Assembly (NCBI GenBank): GCA_047601445.1
Contig: JASGJH010000001.1
Location: 3,392,001-3,456,000, forward strand
Direction of reading: 5' to 3'
Source of the DNA: Myxococcales bacterium
Lineage (GTDB): Bacteria; Myxococcota_A; Polyangia; Polyangiales; DASUME01
Length of the DNA stretch: 64,000 nt
In this document: piece by piece, positions 46,982 to 56,074 of the stretch
Layout: each line of letters starts with the position of its first letter
How positions within the stretch are numbered: position 1 is the first letter of the stretch
The notes under the pieces: generated by a model
What the model was told of the DNA's origin: nothing
What the model saw: only the letters and a program-made list of their open reading frames with translations
The model's database searches: none
Position numbers and translations under genes: made by a program

Positions 46982-48004
46982 TCACTGCCGGGGCTTTTGA
47001 GCCAGGAAGAACGCCATCGGCGTGAACACGCCGGCTTCGCCCGAGGCCACCAACGCATCGGCGCCACGATTGAGGAAGTCGCTGATCTCGGCCGTGCCCT
47101 TGGGCGCGATGCGCGCTGTCTCCAGGGTACGCGTGAGGGCCTTCACCATGACCTTGCCGGCCGACGTGCGGCGCAGGCCGGTGTTGGAGAGCTCCTTGCC
47201 AGCCAGGCTCAGGTACCAGGGCACCTCGGGATCACCTTCGATGGCCTTGTCTTGAGCATCGAGCACGTCGAAGCCAGCCGCGCGGAAGCAGTTTCCGGTC
47301 TCCTCGAGCGTCCAGATGTCGGGCAAGCCATTGCCCTCTTCGATGTCACCCTTCATGCGCACGTGGGCCGGGTTGTTGGCGTCGTAGCTGCCGGTGAGGC
47401 ACCACTCGTAGACCGCGATCCTGCCGCCGGGCTTGAGCACGCGGAAGAGCTCCCGGAACAACGCGGTCTTGTCGGGCGCGTGGCAGGTCGCCTCGAAGGC
47501 GTAGACGTGGTCGAACGAAGCGTCGGGCTCCGGGATCTGCATGAAGTCTGCTTCGAGCAGCGAGCACTGGCCATCGAGACGCGCGGTCACGTTGTACTGA
47601 CGGGCCTTCTTCACCTGGTAGGCGTTGTTGTTCACGCCCACGACGGAGGCGCCGCTGAAGCGGGCCATCTCGCGCATGGGACCGCCGACACCGCAGCCCA
47701 CGTCGAGCGCGCGCTGGCCGGCCCCGAGGCCCAGACGCAGCGCGACGTAGTGCTGGTGGCGCTTGATGGAGGCCTCGAAGGGCTCGCCGCGGTAGCGCGG
47801 GGCGAAGTGGAAGGACTCGCCCCAACCGCGCTCGTAGATGTCGGTGACGAGATCGTAGTAGCCGCGCACCATGTCCGTGTAGCTATGCTTGCGAGCGTCC
47901 ACGCTGCCTCCACCGTTGTCGTGGAAAGCGCGGTATTGCCGGACGTCGTCGCGAATATCGCCGCGCGCGTGCCCCGCACGGGTCTCAACCGATGCTGCTG
48001 CCAT
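46982..48004 (-). CDS. Sterol 24-C-methyltransferase (SMT/Erg6) homologue
   Basis: YYDLVTDIYERGWGESFHF, LDVGCGVGGP, GVNNNAYQ, YAFEATCHAP, LKPGG…YEW and IEEGNGLP. Confidence 0.88.
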   Translation of the reverse strand: MAAASVETRAGHARGDIRDDVRQYRAFHDNGGGSVDARKHSYTDMVRGYYDLVTDIYERGWGESFHFAPRYRGEPFEASIKRHQHYVALRLGLGAGQRALDVGCGVGGPMREMARFSGASVVGVNNNAYQVKKARQYNVTARLDGQCSLLEADFMQIPEPDASFDHVYAFEATCHAPDKTALFRELFRVLKPGGRIAVYEWCLTGSYDANNPAHVRMKGDIEEGNGLPDIWTLEETGNCFRAAGFDVLDAQDKAIEGDPEVPWYLSLAGKELSNTGLRRTSAGKVMVKALTRTLETARIAPKGTAEISDFLNRGADALVASGEAGVFTPMAFFLAQKPRQ

Positions 48005-48308
48005 GGCGTGTTGTCCTCCGGTTCACGGTGTACTTGCTCGAACTGGGTCAAACAAGCGCCAACTCTCGGGAATTTGGACGATACGGAGCTCTGTATCAGC
48101 GTCGGATTTGCGTCGATCCTGGAGTGATCGCATGAATCCGTCTTCGACGCCTTGGAGCACAAAATCGTGACACGTAGTAACGATGCAGCGACCGACGCGA
48201 GCGAGCCTGAGCGATAAGAGGATCGAAGCAAGAGATGGAAATCTCGCAGCAACAAGGACCTGCTCCGCAGCTGGTGCACCCCCGGATGGGAACGCAGCGA
48301 GCTGAGCC

Positions 48309-48647
48309 ATGACGCTGAGGCAGGTCGCGCTCCTAGTCGCACTGGGCGTCTTCTTGTGGATCGTGTTTCGCGCCGGACGCGAGCGTGAGCTGTTCGTGCT
48401 GGCCGTGCGCTCGGGCAAGACCCGCTTGGTGCGCGGCAAGCTGCCGCCTTCGCTGTTCGCGACCCTCAGCGATGTGATGCAAGCGGCCAAGGTCGAGCGC
48501 GCGACCGTACGCGTGTGGCGAGAACAGGACCACGCGCGGCTCGAGGCGAGTGGGCTCAACGAGTGGGTGCTGCAACGCGCACGCAACGTCCTCGGAACCT
48601 ATCCGCTGGCCAAGCTACTCAGCGCCCAGACACTGCGTGCGAAATGA
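48309..48647 (+). CDS. DUF3634-like small membrane protein
   Basis: N-terminal TM, LFVLAVRSG…RGKLP and QRARNVLG. Confidence 0.65.
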   Translation: MTLRQVALLVALGVFLWIVFRAGRERELFVLAVRSGKTRLVRGKLPPSLFATLSDVMQAAKVERATVRVWREQDHARLEASGLNEWVLQRARNVLGTYPLAKLLSAQTLRAK

Positions 48648-48656
48648 CTTCACGGC

Positions 48657-48672
48657 GAGGTCACGCGACCTC
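48657..48672. repeat. Solo core of REP-like palindrome A
   Basis: GAGGTCACGCGACCTC, identical to the array A core, at the junction of two convergent genes. Confidence 0.75.
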
Positions 48673-49039
48673 AACGCTCGTCCTCGCTCGGCGCCCCGCA
48701 GGCGAGCCACTCGGCCAGGTCCTCGCGCTGGGAAAGCGGTGGGTCGTCGGGCCCCGGGGGCATGGAGTCGTTGTCGAGGGCGGCGCGCGCGAAGATGCGA
48801 TCGGCGTGCAAGCGGATGCCGCGCAAGCTGTCGAAGTTGAACTCGCCGGGCGCACCGTGACGATTGGCCGCATAGGGCTGGTGGCAGCGAGTACACCAGC
48901 GGGCCATGAACTCCTCCCCGAAGTTCTCGTAGCTCAGCGAGGTCCCGTTCGGTGGGCACTCGGCGTCGTCGAGCTGCGCAATGGAGCAACCAGCGGCCAG
49001 CAGCATGCCCGCAGTCAACGCGAAGCGATGCGCGCTCAC
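48671..49039 (-). CDS. Monoheme c-type cytochrome lipoprotein
   Basis: Lipobox LAAGC, heme motif CTRCH and distal MPP. Confidence 0.75.
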   Translation of the reverse strand: MSAHRFALTAGMLLAAGCSIAQLDDAECPPNGTSLSYENFGEEFMARWCTRCHQPYAANRHGAPGEFNFDSLRGIRLHADRIFARAALDNDSMPPGPDDPPLSQREDLAEWLACGAPSEDER

Positions 49040-49686
49040 AGCGCCACCTCCGCGCCGATCAGGGCGAGCACCCCAAAATACAAAGCCGGGCCGCGGTCGT
49101 CGGGCGACATGAACGCGAAAGCTTCGCCGCCGGCGCTGAGCTTGACCTTGCCGAGTTCGAGGATCTGATAGCGAGCCCCCACGTCGAGCTCACCACCCAT
49201 GCGATGACGGATCCCGGTACCGACACCGAAGGGCACGAGCCAGGGCTTCTCACGGGCCACCGCCACCGATTCCTCGTGCTGGTGCACGCCGGAGATGCGC
49301 GCAGTCAAGCGAGTGCGCTCACCGATCCGGGGCGCGATGCCTGCGCCGAAAGCCAAGGTGGTGACCAGGCGCTCGTCCACGTTGGCGTATCCCTCGCGGA
49401 GCTGCGCGCTCAGTGTGATCCAGTCGAACAGTCGCGTGCCGAGCAAGACGCTGCCGCAGCCGAGGTAATCGCCACGCCAACTCGAAGCCCCCCCGCCCAC
49501 GCCGAGGTCCGCGAGTAGTACGTAGCGCGCGGCTTCTTCGGCGAAGACGGGCGAGCTCCAGCCGAGGGCCAGCCAGAACAGCGCGGCGGCCACGGCGCGG
49601 ACGCCGAGCACGCGTTGCGCACGTCCGAACACACGCAACTCCAGCGGCAGGACGCAGAGCGTCCTCCAGAGTCCCGAAAGGCTCAT
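49036..49686 (-). CDS. Hypothetical exported/outer-membrane protein
   Basis: Signal-like segment ending SPVFA, beta-strand-like pattern; stop overlaps the cytochrome start; start uncertain. Confidence 0.55.
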   Translation of the reverse strand: MSLSGLWRTLCVLPLELRVFGRAQRVLGVRAVAAALFWLALGWSSPVFAEEAARYVLLADLGVGGGASSWRGDYLGCGSVLLGTRLFDWITLSAQLREGYANVDERLVTTLAFGAGIAPRIGERTRLTARISGVHQHEESVAVAREKPWLVPFGVGTGIRHRMGGELDVGARYQILELGKVKLSAGGEAFAFMSPDDRGPALYFGVLALIGAEVAL

Positions 49687-49997
49687 TTCGCAAGCTCCCC
49701 GCGAGGGCATGTCGATTCGCAGTCGCGCGCCGGCGTCGCCTCGCATGGCTTATTGCCCGCTGCGTGCAGGACCGTTCAACGGTCCGCGCGTTTTCGGGTC
49801 GGAGGCTCGCAGTCAGACACTCGAGATGGGTCATGAACGCGAGCCGACGTCGTGATGTGGGCGTCGACCGCTGCGTGTAAGCGCGGGCTCCGCTGGTGAT
49901 CACACGCCCGCAGATCGAAAAAATCAGGGCAGCCCGAGAAAGCGTCGGAACAGTGTTGTCGATCACATGAAGTGCGGAAGCGTGCAGCGTTACAATC

Positions 49998-52679
49998 ATG
50001 GGCGGCGTGGGAGTGACGACCGCAGATTCAAAGGGTGCCGAGCGCACCGTAAGCCAGGGCGGAAAGGCCGTGTTGTGGCTCGGTGCATCCGAAGCCCCCC
50101 TCGCCTTGGTCACGCACCTGCGCAGTCGCGGTATCGCGCTGGCCACCCTGTCCACGCAGGAGCCCCCGGTGGCGCGCCTGATGTTGGTGGAGCCTGCAGT
50201 CTCGCCGGCCGCGCGCACCGCCAACCTGAAAGGCCGCCGCGTGGCGGTGATTCACCCGGACCCGGGCAGCGCCGACGCGCTCGCCCAGGCGCTGCGCGGA
50301 CGCGGCGCGCAGGTGGTGGCGCTGAGCCTCAACCCGGAGTCCCTGCAGCGCGTGGAGGCGCTCGATCCGGACGCGGTCCTGATGGAGGTCACGGACTTCT
50401 ACGGGGCCTGCTGGGAAATCGTGCGCGCGCTGTGGCAGCACCCGCGGCTGAAGTACGCGCCGGTGTTGCTGGCCACTCCGGAGGGCGTGGCGAGCTATGC
50501 CCAGGGAACGCCGGACGTGCCGAGCCTGTGCCTGGCCGTGCAGACGGTGAGCGAAGACTACGCGCGCATCGAGCGAGCCTCCCAGGGCGAGAGTCCGTTC
50601 GAGCTCGAGCTGGCGCAGCTCGGGCCCGCCAAGCTGCTGCGCGTGCTGACGGAGTCCGGTCGAGGGCTACGGGCGACCCTGCAATGCCCCACGGCGGATT
50701 TCGAGCTCGACGTGGCCGAAGGCATCATCGTGGGCGCCCAGGGCAACGCCAAGGGCGCGGCGAACGATCTGTATCTCGGTGTGCACGCACTGGCCTTGCT
50801 GATGAGCCAGGAGCGCGGACAGGTGCAGGTGCGGGTGGCGAACCATCCGGCGGCCACCAACGTGATGGCTCCCCTCGATGCGGCACTGGATGCCGCCCGC
50901 GAGGCCAAGGCGGCGGCTCCGGTCGACGTGGCGGCCACGCGCGAGGTGGCGTCGCGCATGTCGCTGCCCGGTACGCCGGCAGGGAGCCCCGGCCCAGGCG
51001 TGGTGATCAAGCCGAACCCGGCGGCCGCCAAGCCGTTGGCTGCCAAGGCGGTCGGCGCGTTCGAGCCGGCACGGCCGCCGAAGCGCGCGGAGGCCGCGAA
51101 GCCAGCGACGCCCGCGACGCCCGCGAGGACGAACGAAGCGACCAAGCCCGCTGAGCCGGCCAAGGCGCTCGAGCCCAGCAAGCCGGCACCTATCGTCAAC
51201 GCGGCGCCCAAGGTAGACGCCGTCGTGACGGTGCCCGCGCCCGCCCCCAGCGCCGAGCCAGAGCGCCCAAGCGAGCCGGCGCAGGCCGCGGAGGAGCCCG
51301 GGCCGAACGATCACAAGACGGTCGAGTTCGCGGCGGTCGATGAAGAACCGAAGCGTGCGCCCCCCGAGCCAGTGAACCTCGCGCAACCGAAGAAGACGTT
51401 GCACGGCTTGCCCCCACCGCGGCGCACCACGAGCACCGGTCGGATCATGGCGGTGGTGCCGCGCGAAGGGGAGAGCCTCGACGCAGTCGCCCCGAGCCCC
51501 ATGGCGGGCGGGGCGCGTATGACGCCGCAGCAAACCGCGCTAGCCCAGGTGCGCGCGACCCTCAAGGCTCAGGCAGATGGCAACGTGCTCAACGGCGAAG
51601 CCAATGGCCTCTCGACCCAGAGCGCGGCCGCGCCGCGACTCGACGCGCTCGCTTCCGAGCTTCCGCTCGAGGATTCGCGGGTCACCTCGTCCCGCAACGT
51701 GGGCCGCGCTGCCCAGGACAGCGAGGCGCTGACCGCGAGCCTCGCCTCGGGCGTGAGCCGCGTGAGCGAGCTGGAAGCGCCGGACGCGGACGACGTCATG
51801 GAGCTCGGCGCGATGAAGCGCCCGCTGGGAATCAACCTGCAGCGCTGGCACGTGTGGGCAGCCCTCGGAGTCCTGGGCTTGACGCTGGCAGGCGCAGTCG
51901 GCCTCTCGCTGCTGCGTTCCGAAGCCGGTGCGCCCGCAGCGGTCAGCGCTCCGCCCGCATTGCCCGCGACCACGGCCAAGCTTGCGCCGAGCGAACTCGC
52001 CGGAGCTCCCAAAGCTGACGACCTCTCCGCGGCGCAACCGGCGCCTACGGCGGCGCCCGCTCAGCTGGGTTCGAGCGCGCAGGCGCAGGCCGAGGATCCT
52101 CAAGCCGCCGATGGTGCCGAAGAAGAAGACGAGGATGGATCCGCGACGGGCTCGGCGCTGGCGCCCAATCGCCAAGCGAGCGCCCTGGTCAGTCAGGGTC
52201 ACAACTTCCGCAAGCGCAAGCACTACGCGCAAGCCAAGGCTCGCTATCAGGCAGCGCTCTCGCTCTTGCCCGGCTACCCGCGTGCGTTGGCGGGGCTCGC
52301 GCAGCTCGCCATCGCGCAAAACCGCGGCAAAGAGGCCGTGGGCTTCGCGCAAAAGCTCGTTCAAGCGCGCCCTGGCCAGGGCGCCTATCAGCTGATGTTG
52401 GGCGACGCGTACCGAAGCGCCGGCATGATGAAGGAAGCCCAGCAAGCCTGGCAGGCCGCCGTGCGCGCGGGCAGCTCGGATGCCAAGGCGCGACTCAAGG
52501 CGACGCCCGCGCCGACGCCCGCCACGGCCAAGGCCGGCACGGCAGCCAAGCCCGCTGCAGCAACGGCGCCTGCCACTGCCAAGCCTACGACGGCTGCGCC
52601 CGCCGCTGCCAAGCCTGCAACGGCTGCTGCCAAGCCGGCGACCACGCCGACGACCAAGGGCCCTGCGTCAGCTCGGTGA
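49998..52679 (+). CDS. Receiver-like/DUF4388-like N-terminus, Pro/Ala linker, TM, TPR and AKP-rich tail
   Basis: Receiver-like fold PDAVLMEV…PVLLAT without canonical acidic residues; TM WAALGVLGLTLAGAVGLSLL; TPR helices; AKPA repeats. Confidence 0.65.
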   Translation: MGGVGVTTADSKGAERTVSQGGKAVLWLGASEAPLALVTHLRSRGIALATLSTQEPPVARLMLVEPAVSPAARTANLKGRRVAVIHPDPGSADALAQALRGRGAQVVALSLNPESLQRVEALDPDAVLMEVTDFYGACWEIVRALWQHPRLKYAPVLLATPEGVASYAQGTPDVPSLCLAVQTVSEDYARIERASQGESPFELELAQLGPAKLLRVLTESGRGLRATLQCPTADFELDVAEGIIVGAQGNAKGAANDLYLGVHALALLMSQERGQVQVRVANHPAATNVMAPLDAALDAAREAKAAAPVDVAATREVASRMSLPGTPAGSPGPGVVIKPNPAAAKPLAAKAVGAFEPARPPKRAEAAKPATPATPARTNEATKPAEPAKALEPSKPAPIVNAAPKVDAVVTVPAPAPSAEPERPSEPAQAAEEPGPNDHKTVEFAAVDEEPKRAPPEPVNLAQPKKTLHGLPPPRRTTSTGRIMAVVPREGESLDAVAPSPMAGGARMTPQQTALAQVRATLKAQADGNVLNGEANGLSTQSAAAPRLDALASELPLEDSRVTSSRNVGRAAQDSEALTASLASGVSRVSELEAPDADDVMELGAMKRPLGINLQRWHVWAALGVLGLTLAGAVGLSLLRSEAGAPAAVSAPPALPATTAKLAPSELAGAPKADDLSAAQPAPTAAPAQLGSSAQAQAEDPQAADGAEEEDEDGSATGSALAPNRQASALVSQGHNFRKRKHYAQAKARYQAALSLLPGYPRALAGLAQLAIAQNRGKEAVGFAQKLVQARPGQGAYQLMLGDAYRSAGMMKEAQQAWQAAVRAGSSDAKARLKATPAPTPATAKAGTAAKPAAATAPATAKPTTAAPAAAKPATAAAKPATTPTTKGPASAR

Positions 52680-53144
52680 GGACTTGTGGTCGCCACCGGC
52701 CCAGCTAGACGGTGGGTCGCTGGCCGGGAACGACTCCCAACTCGCCTCATCGACAGCATCCCAGTCGTAGCGCCGGCCGATGCTGGCAGCGCGAACAGCG
52801 AACCCCTCCTCGCGCTCGGTCACGCGCTGAGCCTGCTCTCGGACACGGCGACGTTTGTGCCATGCGCTGGCCAGTGCATGCTCCACGAGCTCGGTCCGAT
52901 GGGCCAGGCGCAGCAGGAACCCCGGAACAGTCTCGGCGGCCTTGCGCAGCCCCCTGCTGATCGGTGCGTGGCTCGCGCCGCCGGACTCGAGACTACGATG
53001 CAACTTCTGTTCGCTGACGGTACGCATGATCCCTGGCTCGTGCATATCGCGCGCCGCCTCACGCACGGAGGCTGCGCGTACAGCGAACGCGTGGACCTCC
53101 GAGAGCAGCGGAAAGCCGAGCTGCAGGCTTGCCCCACGATGCAC
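52668..53144 (-). CDS. Hypothetical protein with C-terminal DEASxESFPASDPP motif
   Basis: GTG overlaps the queA-like stop (TAGTG); the acidic motif VDEASWESFPASDPPS recurs in small bacterial proteins; start uncertain. Confidence 0.45.
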   Translation of the reverse strand: MHRGASLQLGFPLLSEVHAFAVRAASVREAARDMHEPGIMRTVSEQKLHRSLESGGASHAPISRGLRKAAETVPGFLLRLAHRTELVEHALASAWHKRRRVREQAQRVTEREEGFAVRAASIGRRYDWDAVDEASWESFPASDPPSSWAGGDHKSSPS

Positions 53145-54229
53145 TAATGACGCAGCTCATGGCGCCACACGATCATCGAGTCGCCGAATTCGTGGCTACG
53201 CAGGCCGCTGGCCGCGGCAAGCGTCAGCGCACGCTCGAGCTGGGGGCGCTCCACGAAGGCTGACAGCAGCTCGAAATGGCTCTCGCCCGGCGCATGGAGA
53301 CCCGTGAGAAGTTCGTCGACCAGGGCCAGCGAGTGCTCCCCGCCGATGCGTAAGCTGGTGATGCCTTCTCCTGGCAGACACGCCCCACTGGCGCGGAAGC
53401 TGCCCTCGAGCGCGCGTACGACGCTGGTGCCCACCGCGAGCACGCGGCTGCCAGCGCGTCGCGCCTCGCTGATCTTGTCGACGGTGGCAGCCGGAATGCG
53501 ATAGCGCTCCGGCAGCGGAAGCGCACGATCGAGCACGGGATCACCGCTTGCGCTCAGCCCCGCGGCATGGGTGACGGCAGCCAGTTGCACCCCGCGACGG
53601 CGCAGCTCGCGGAGCACCCTGAAACTCAATGGGCGCCCGGCCGAGGGCATTTCCACCGCCCACGGCTCCGCTGCATACAGCGTCTGCACCGACCACAACT
53701 CGAGCAGCTCGCTCTGATGGCTGTACTGCACCGGCCTTGCGCTCGCATAGAGCGCCGCCCACAGCGCGCTCCCCTCGCGATCGAAGCGCAGCTCGACCAG
53801 GCGGTCGAAGCGCGGCGACACCCGCACGACCTCGGCCGTCAACGCGCCGAGCCGTAGCCGATCACCAGACTCCACGACGGGTGGCAGCGCGCGCAGCTCG
53901 GTGCGTGTGCGGTGATCCCCCGCGCCGAACAGCACGGCCTGGAAACGCGTCTCGTCGAGTCGCGCCAGCAGTCGCACTTCCAGTTCTGCACCGTCATGCT
54001 CGCCGCGCAGCGATGCCGGCATGGTCGCCGCATCGTTGACCACCAACAGATCGCCCGCCTCGAGGGCGCTCGGCAGCTCGCGGAACGGCACGATGGTGGT
54101 GCCACGGCGCGGATCCACTTGCACCAACCGCCCCACGTCCCTGGCCGTGCTGGGCCCCGCGGCTGGCCTCAACTCGAGGTGCGGCTGGGTCCCGGGCCAT
54201 GCTCCAGCATAGGTCTCCACGTATGCCAT
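53144..54229 (-). CDS. QueA-like protein (SAM:tRNA ribosyltransferase-isomerase paralogue)
   Basis: GDLLVVNDA, VEMPSAG, AVGTSVVRALE, LLTGLHAPGESH and HEFGDSM; the canonical PLPPYI, HVGxGTF and TNFH motifs are altered. Confidence 0.8.
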   Translation of the reverse strand: MAYVETYAGAWPGTQPHLELRPAAGPSTARDVGRLVQVDPRRGTTIVPFRELPSALEAGDLLVVNDAATMPASLRGEHDGAELEVRLLARLDETRFQAVLFGAGDHRTRTELRALPPVVESGDRLRLGALTAEVVRVSPRFDRLVELRFDREGSALWAALYASARPVQYSHQSELLELWSVQTLYAAEPWAVEMPSAGRPLSFRVLRELRRRGVQLAAVTHAAGLSASGDPVLDRALPLPERYRIPAATVDKISEARRAGSRVLAVGTSVVRALEGSFRASGACLPGEGITSLRIGGEHSLALVDELLTGLHAPGESHFELLSAFVERPQLERALTLAAASGLRSHEFGDSMIVWRHELRH

Positions 54230-54230
54230 C

Positions 54231-54953
54231 TCAGACCTCCTGTGCCTGTACCTTCAGGCGTGTGCCCGAAGCGATGTGCTCGCTACGCTCCAAGTAGCCT
54301 GCGATGCGGCACGCCACGTGTTCGGGCCGCGCCAGCGTTTCACGGTCCGCGTCGGGCATGGCGTCGCTATGCATGCGGGTGTCCATCTCGCCGGGATCGA
54401 CGCTCCACAACCGGACCCCGGTCCCCTCGAGCTCCACAGCGAAGGAGCGCGTGAGGTGATCGAGCGCGGCCTTGGAGATCCCGTAGGCGCCCCAGGTCGG
54501 GTAAGCCTCTTGTGCGGCATCCGAGCTGATGTGCACCACCAGGCCCGAACCGCGCAGCAGCATCGAGCCCAGCAGGGCCTTGCTCAGCCGGAACGGTCCC
54601 ATCAGGTTCGCCTGCAGGACCGCCTCGAAGTCCTCGCACTCCGTGTCGAGCAAGTAGCCGAGTGGCAGCGGACCGAGCGTGCTGGCGTTGTGGATCACGA
54701 CGTCGATGGGGCCGACCAGCGCCGCCGCTTGCCCCACCAACGGATGAATGGCGCGCTTGTCTGCGATGTCCGAGACCACGCCGTGCACCTCACCACCCGT
54801 CTCACGCAGCGCCTCCACGGCTCGCGACAACTCCTGGCCGTCACGCGCCGTGACCACCACGCGACTGCCACGTTGGAGCAATTCCGAAGCCAGCGCCCGG
54901 CCCAGGCCGCGGCTGCCTCCCGTGATCAAGACCGCCTTGTTTCGCAGTTCCAT
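54231..54953 (-). CDS. Short-chain dehydrogenase/reductase
   Basis: TGGSRGLG, HNAS, ISS, catalytic YGISK and DPGEMDT. Confidence 0.92.
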   Translation of the reverse strand: MELRNKAVLITGGSRGLGRALASELLQRGSRVVVTARDGQELSRAVEALRETGGEVHGVVSDIADKRAIHPLVGQAAALVGPIDVVIHNASTLGPLPLGYLLDTECEDFEAVLQANLMGPFRLSKALLGSMLLRGSGLVVHISSDAAQEAYPTWGAYGISKAALDHLTRSFAVELEGTGVRLWSVDPGEMDTRMHSDAMPDADRETLARPEHVACRIAGYLERSEHIASGTRLKVQAQEV

Positions 54954-55040
54954 GGAACCTCCTGGACTCGAACCTACGGAGCCTCCGACATCCTGTCGTC
55001 GAACTTGCTAATCCATTGGCAGACGGCCATTGTGTCGACC

Positions 55041-55598
<558 letters not shown>

Positions 55599-55669
55599 AG
55601 ACGAGCGCCCCAGGAACGACCAGCTGAAAGCGAGCGCCATCCAACGACGAGCCAGGAGCCACTTCTCCC

Positions 55670-56071
55670 TCAGAAGCGGTACACCACCCCTGGACCGAGC
55701 GAGACCCGCGGCGCCCGACAGCGCCGCCTGCGCCGCGCGACCGCCAGATCGATGCCCCAGGCGAGCGCCGTGCCCGAGAGACTACCCAGCAAATCCCAGG
55801 TGAAGTCGCGCCAAGATGGATCACCATGCCCCGCCGCATCCCAGGCTTCCTTGGCGATGCCCGCGGCGAGCGCCACTGAGAAGCCCGAGAGCGCTCGATA
55901 GGGGCGGCGCTCGAGCCACACGCTCGAGACCCCATAGCCGGCCGCCGCGATGCCCAAGCTGACACCGAAATGCAGCCCCTTGTCCGGGGCGACCCAGGCG
56001 TCCTCCGCGCGCGCCGTGCCGTTCGGCGAAAGACAAAGACTCGCGAGCAACAGGAGAGCGACGAACCTCAA
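55670..56071 (-). CDS. YfiM-like protein
   Basis: DKGLHFGVS…GIAKEAWD…SWRDFTWD. Confidence 0.65.
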   Translation of the reverse strand: MRFVALLLLASLCLSPNGTARAEDAWVAPDKGLHFGVSLGIAAAGYGVSSVWLERRPYRALSGFSVALAAGIAKEAWDAAGHGDPSWRDFTWDLLGSLSGTALAWGIDLAVARRRRRCRAPRVSLGPGVVYRF

Positions 56072-56074
56072 GGT

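Noticed and set aside
48180..48305. SAM riboswitch or sRNA next to the sterol methyltransferase
   Set aside because: GCAAC and GGTGC fragments are present, but no consistent P1-P4 pairing was found and the orientation is opposite to the methyltransferase
53144..54229. Canonical queA
   Set aside because: Key QueA motifs are substituted and tgt is not adjacent, so no gene symbol was assigned
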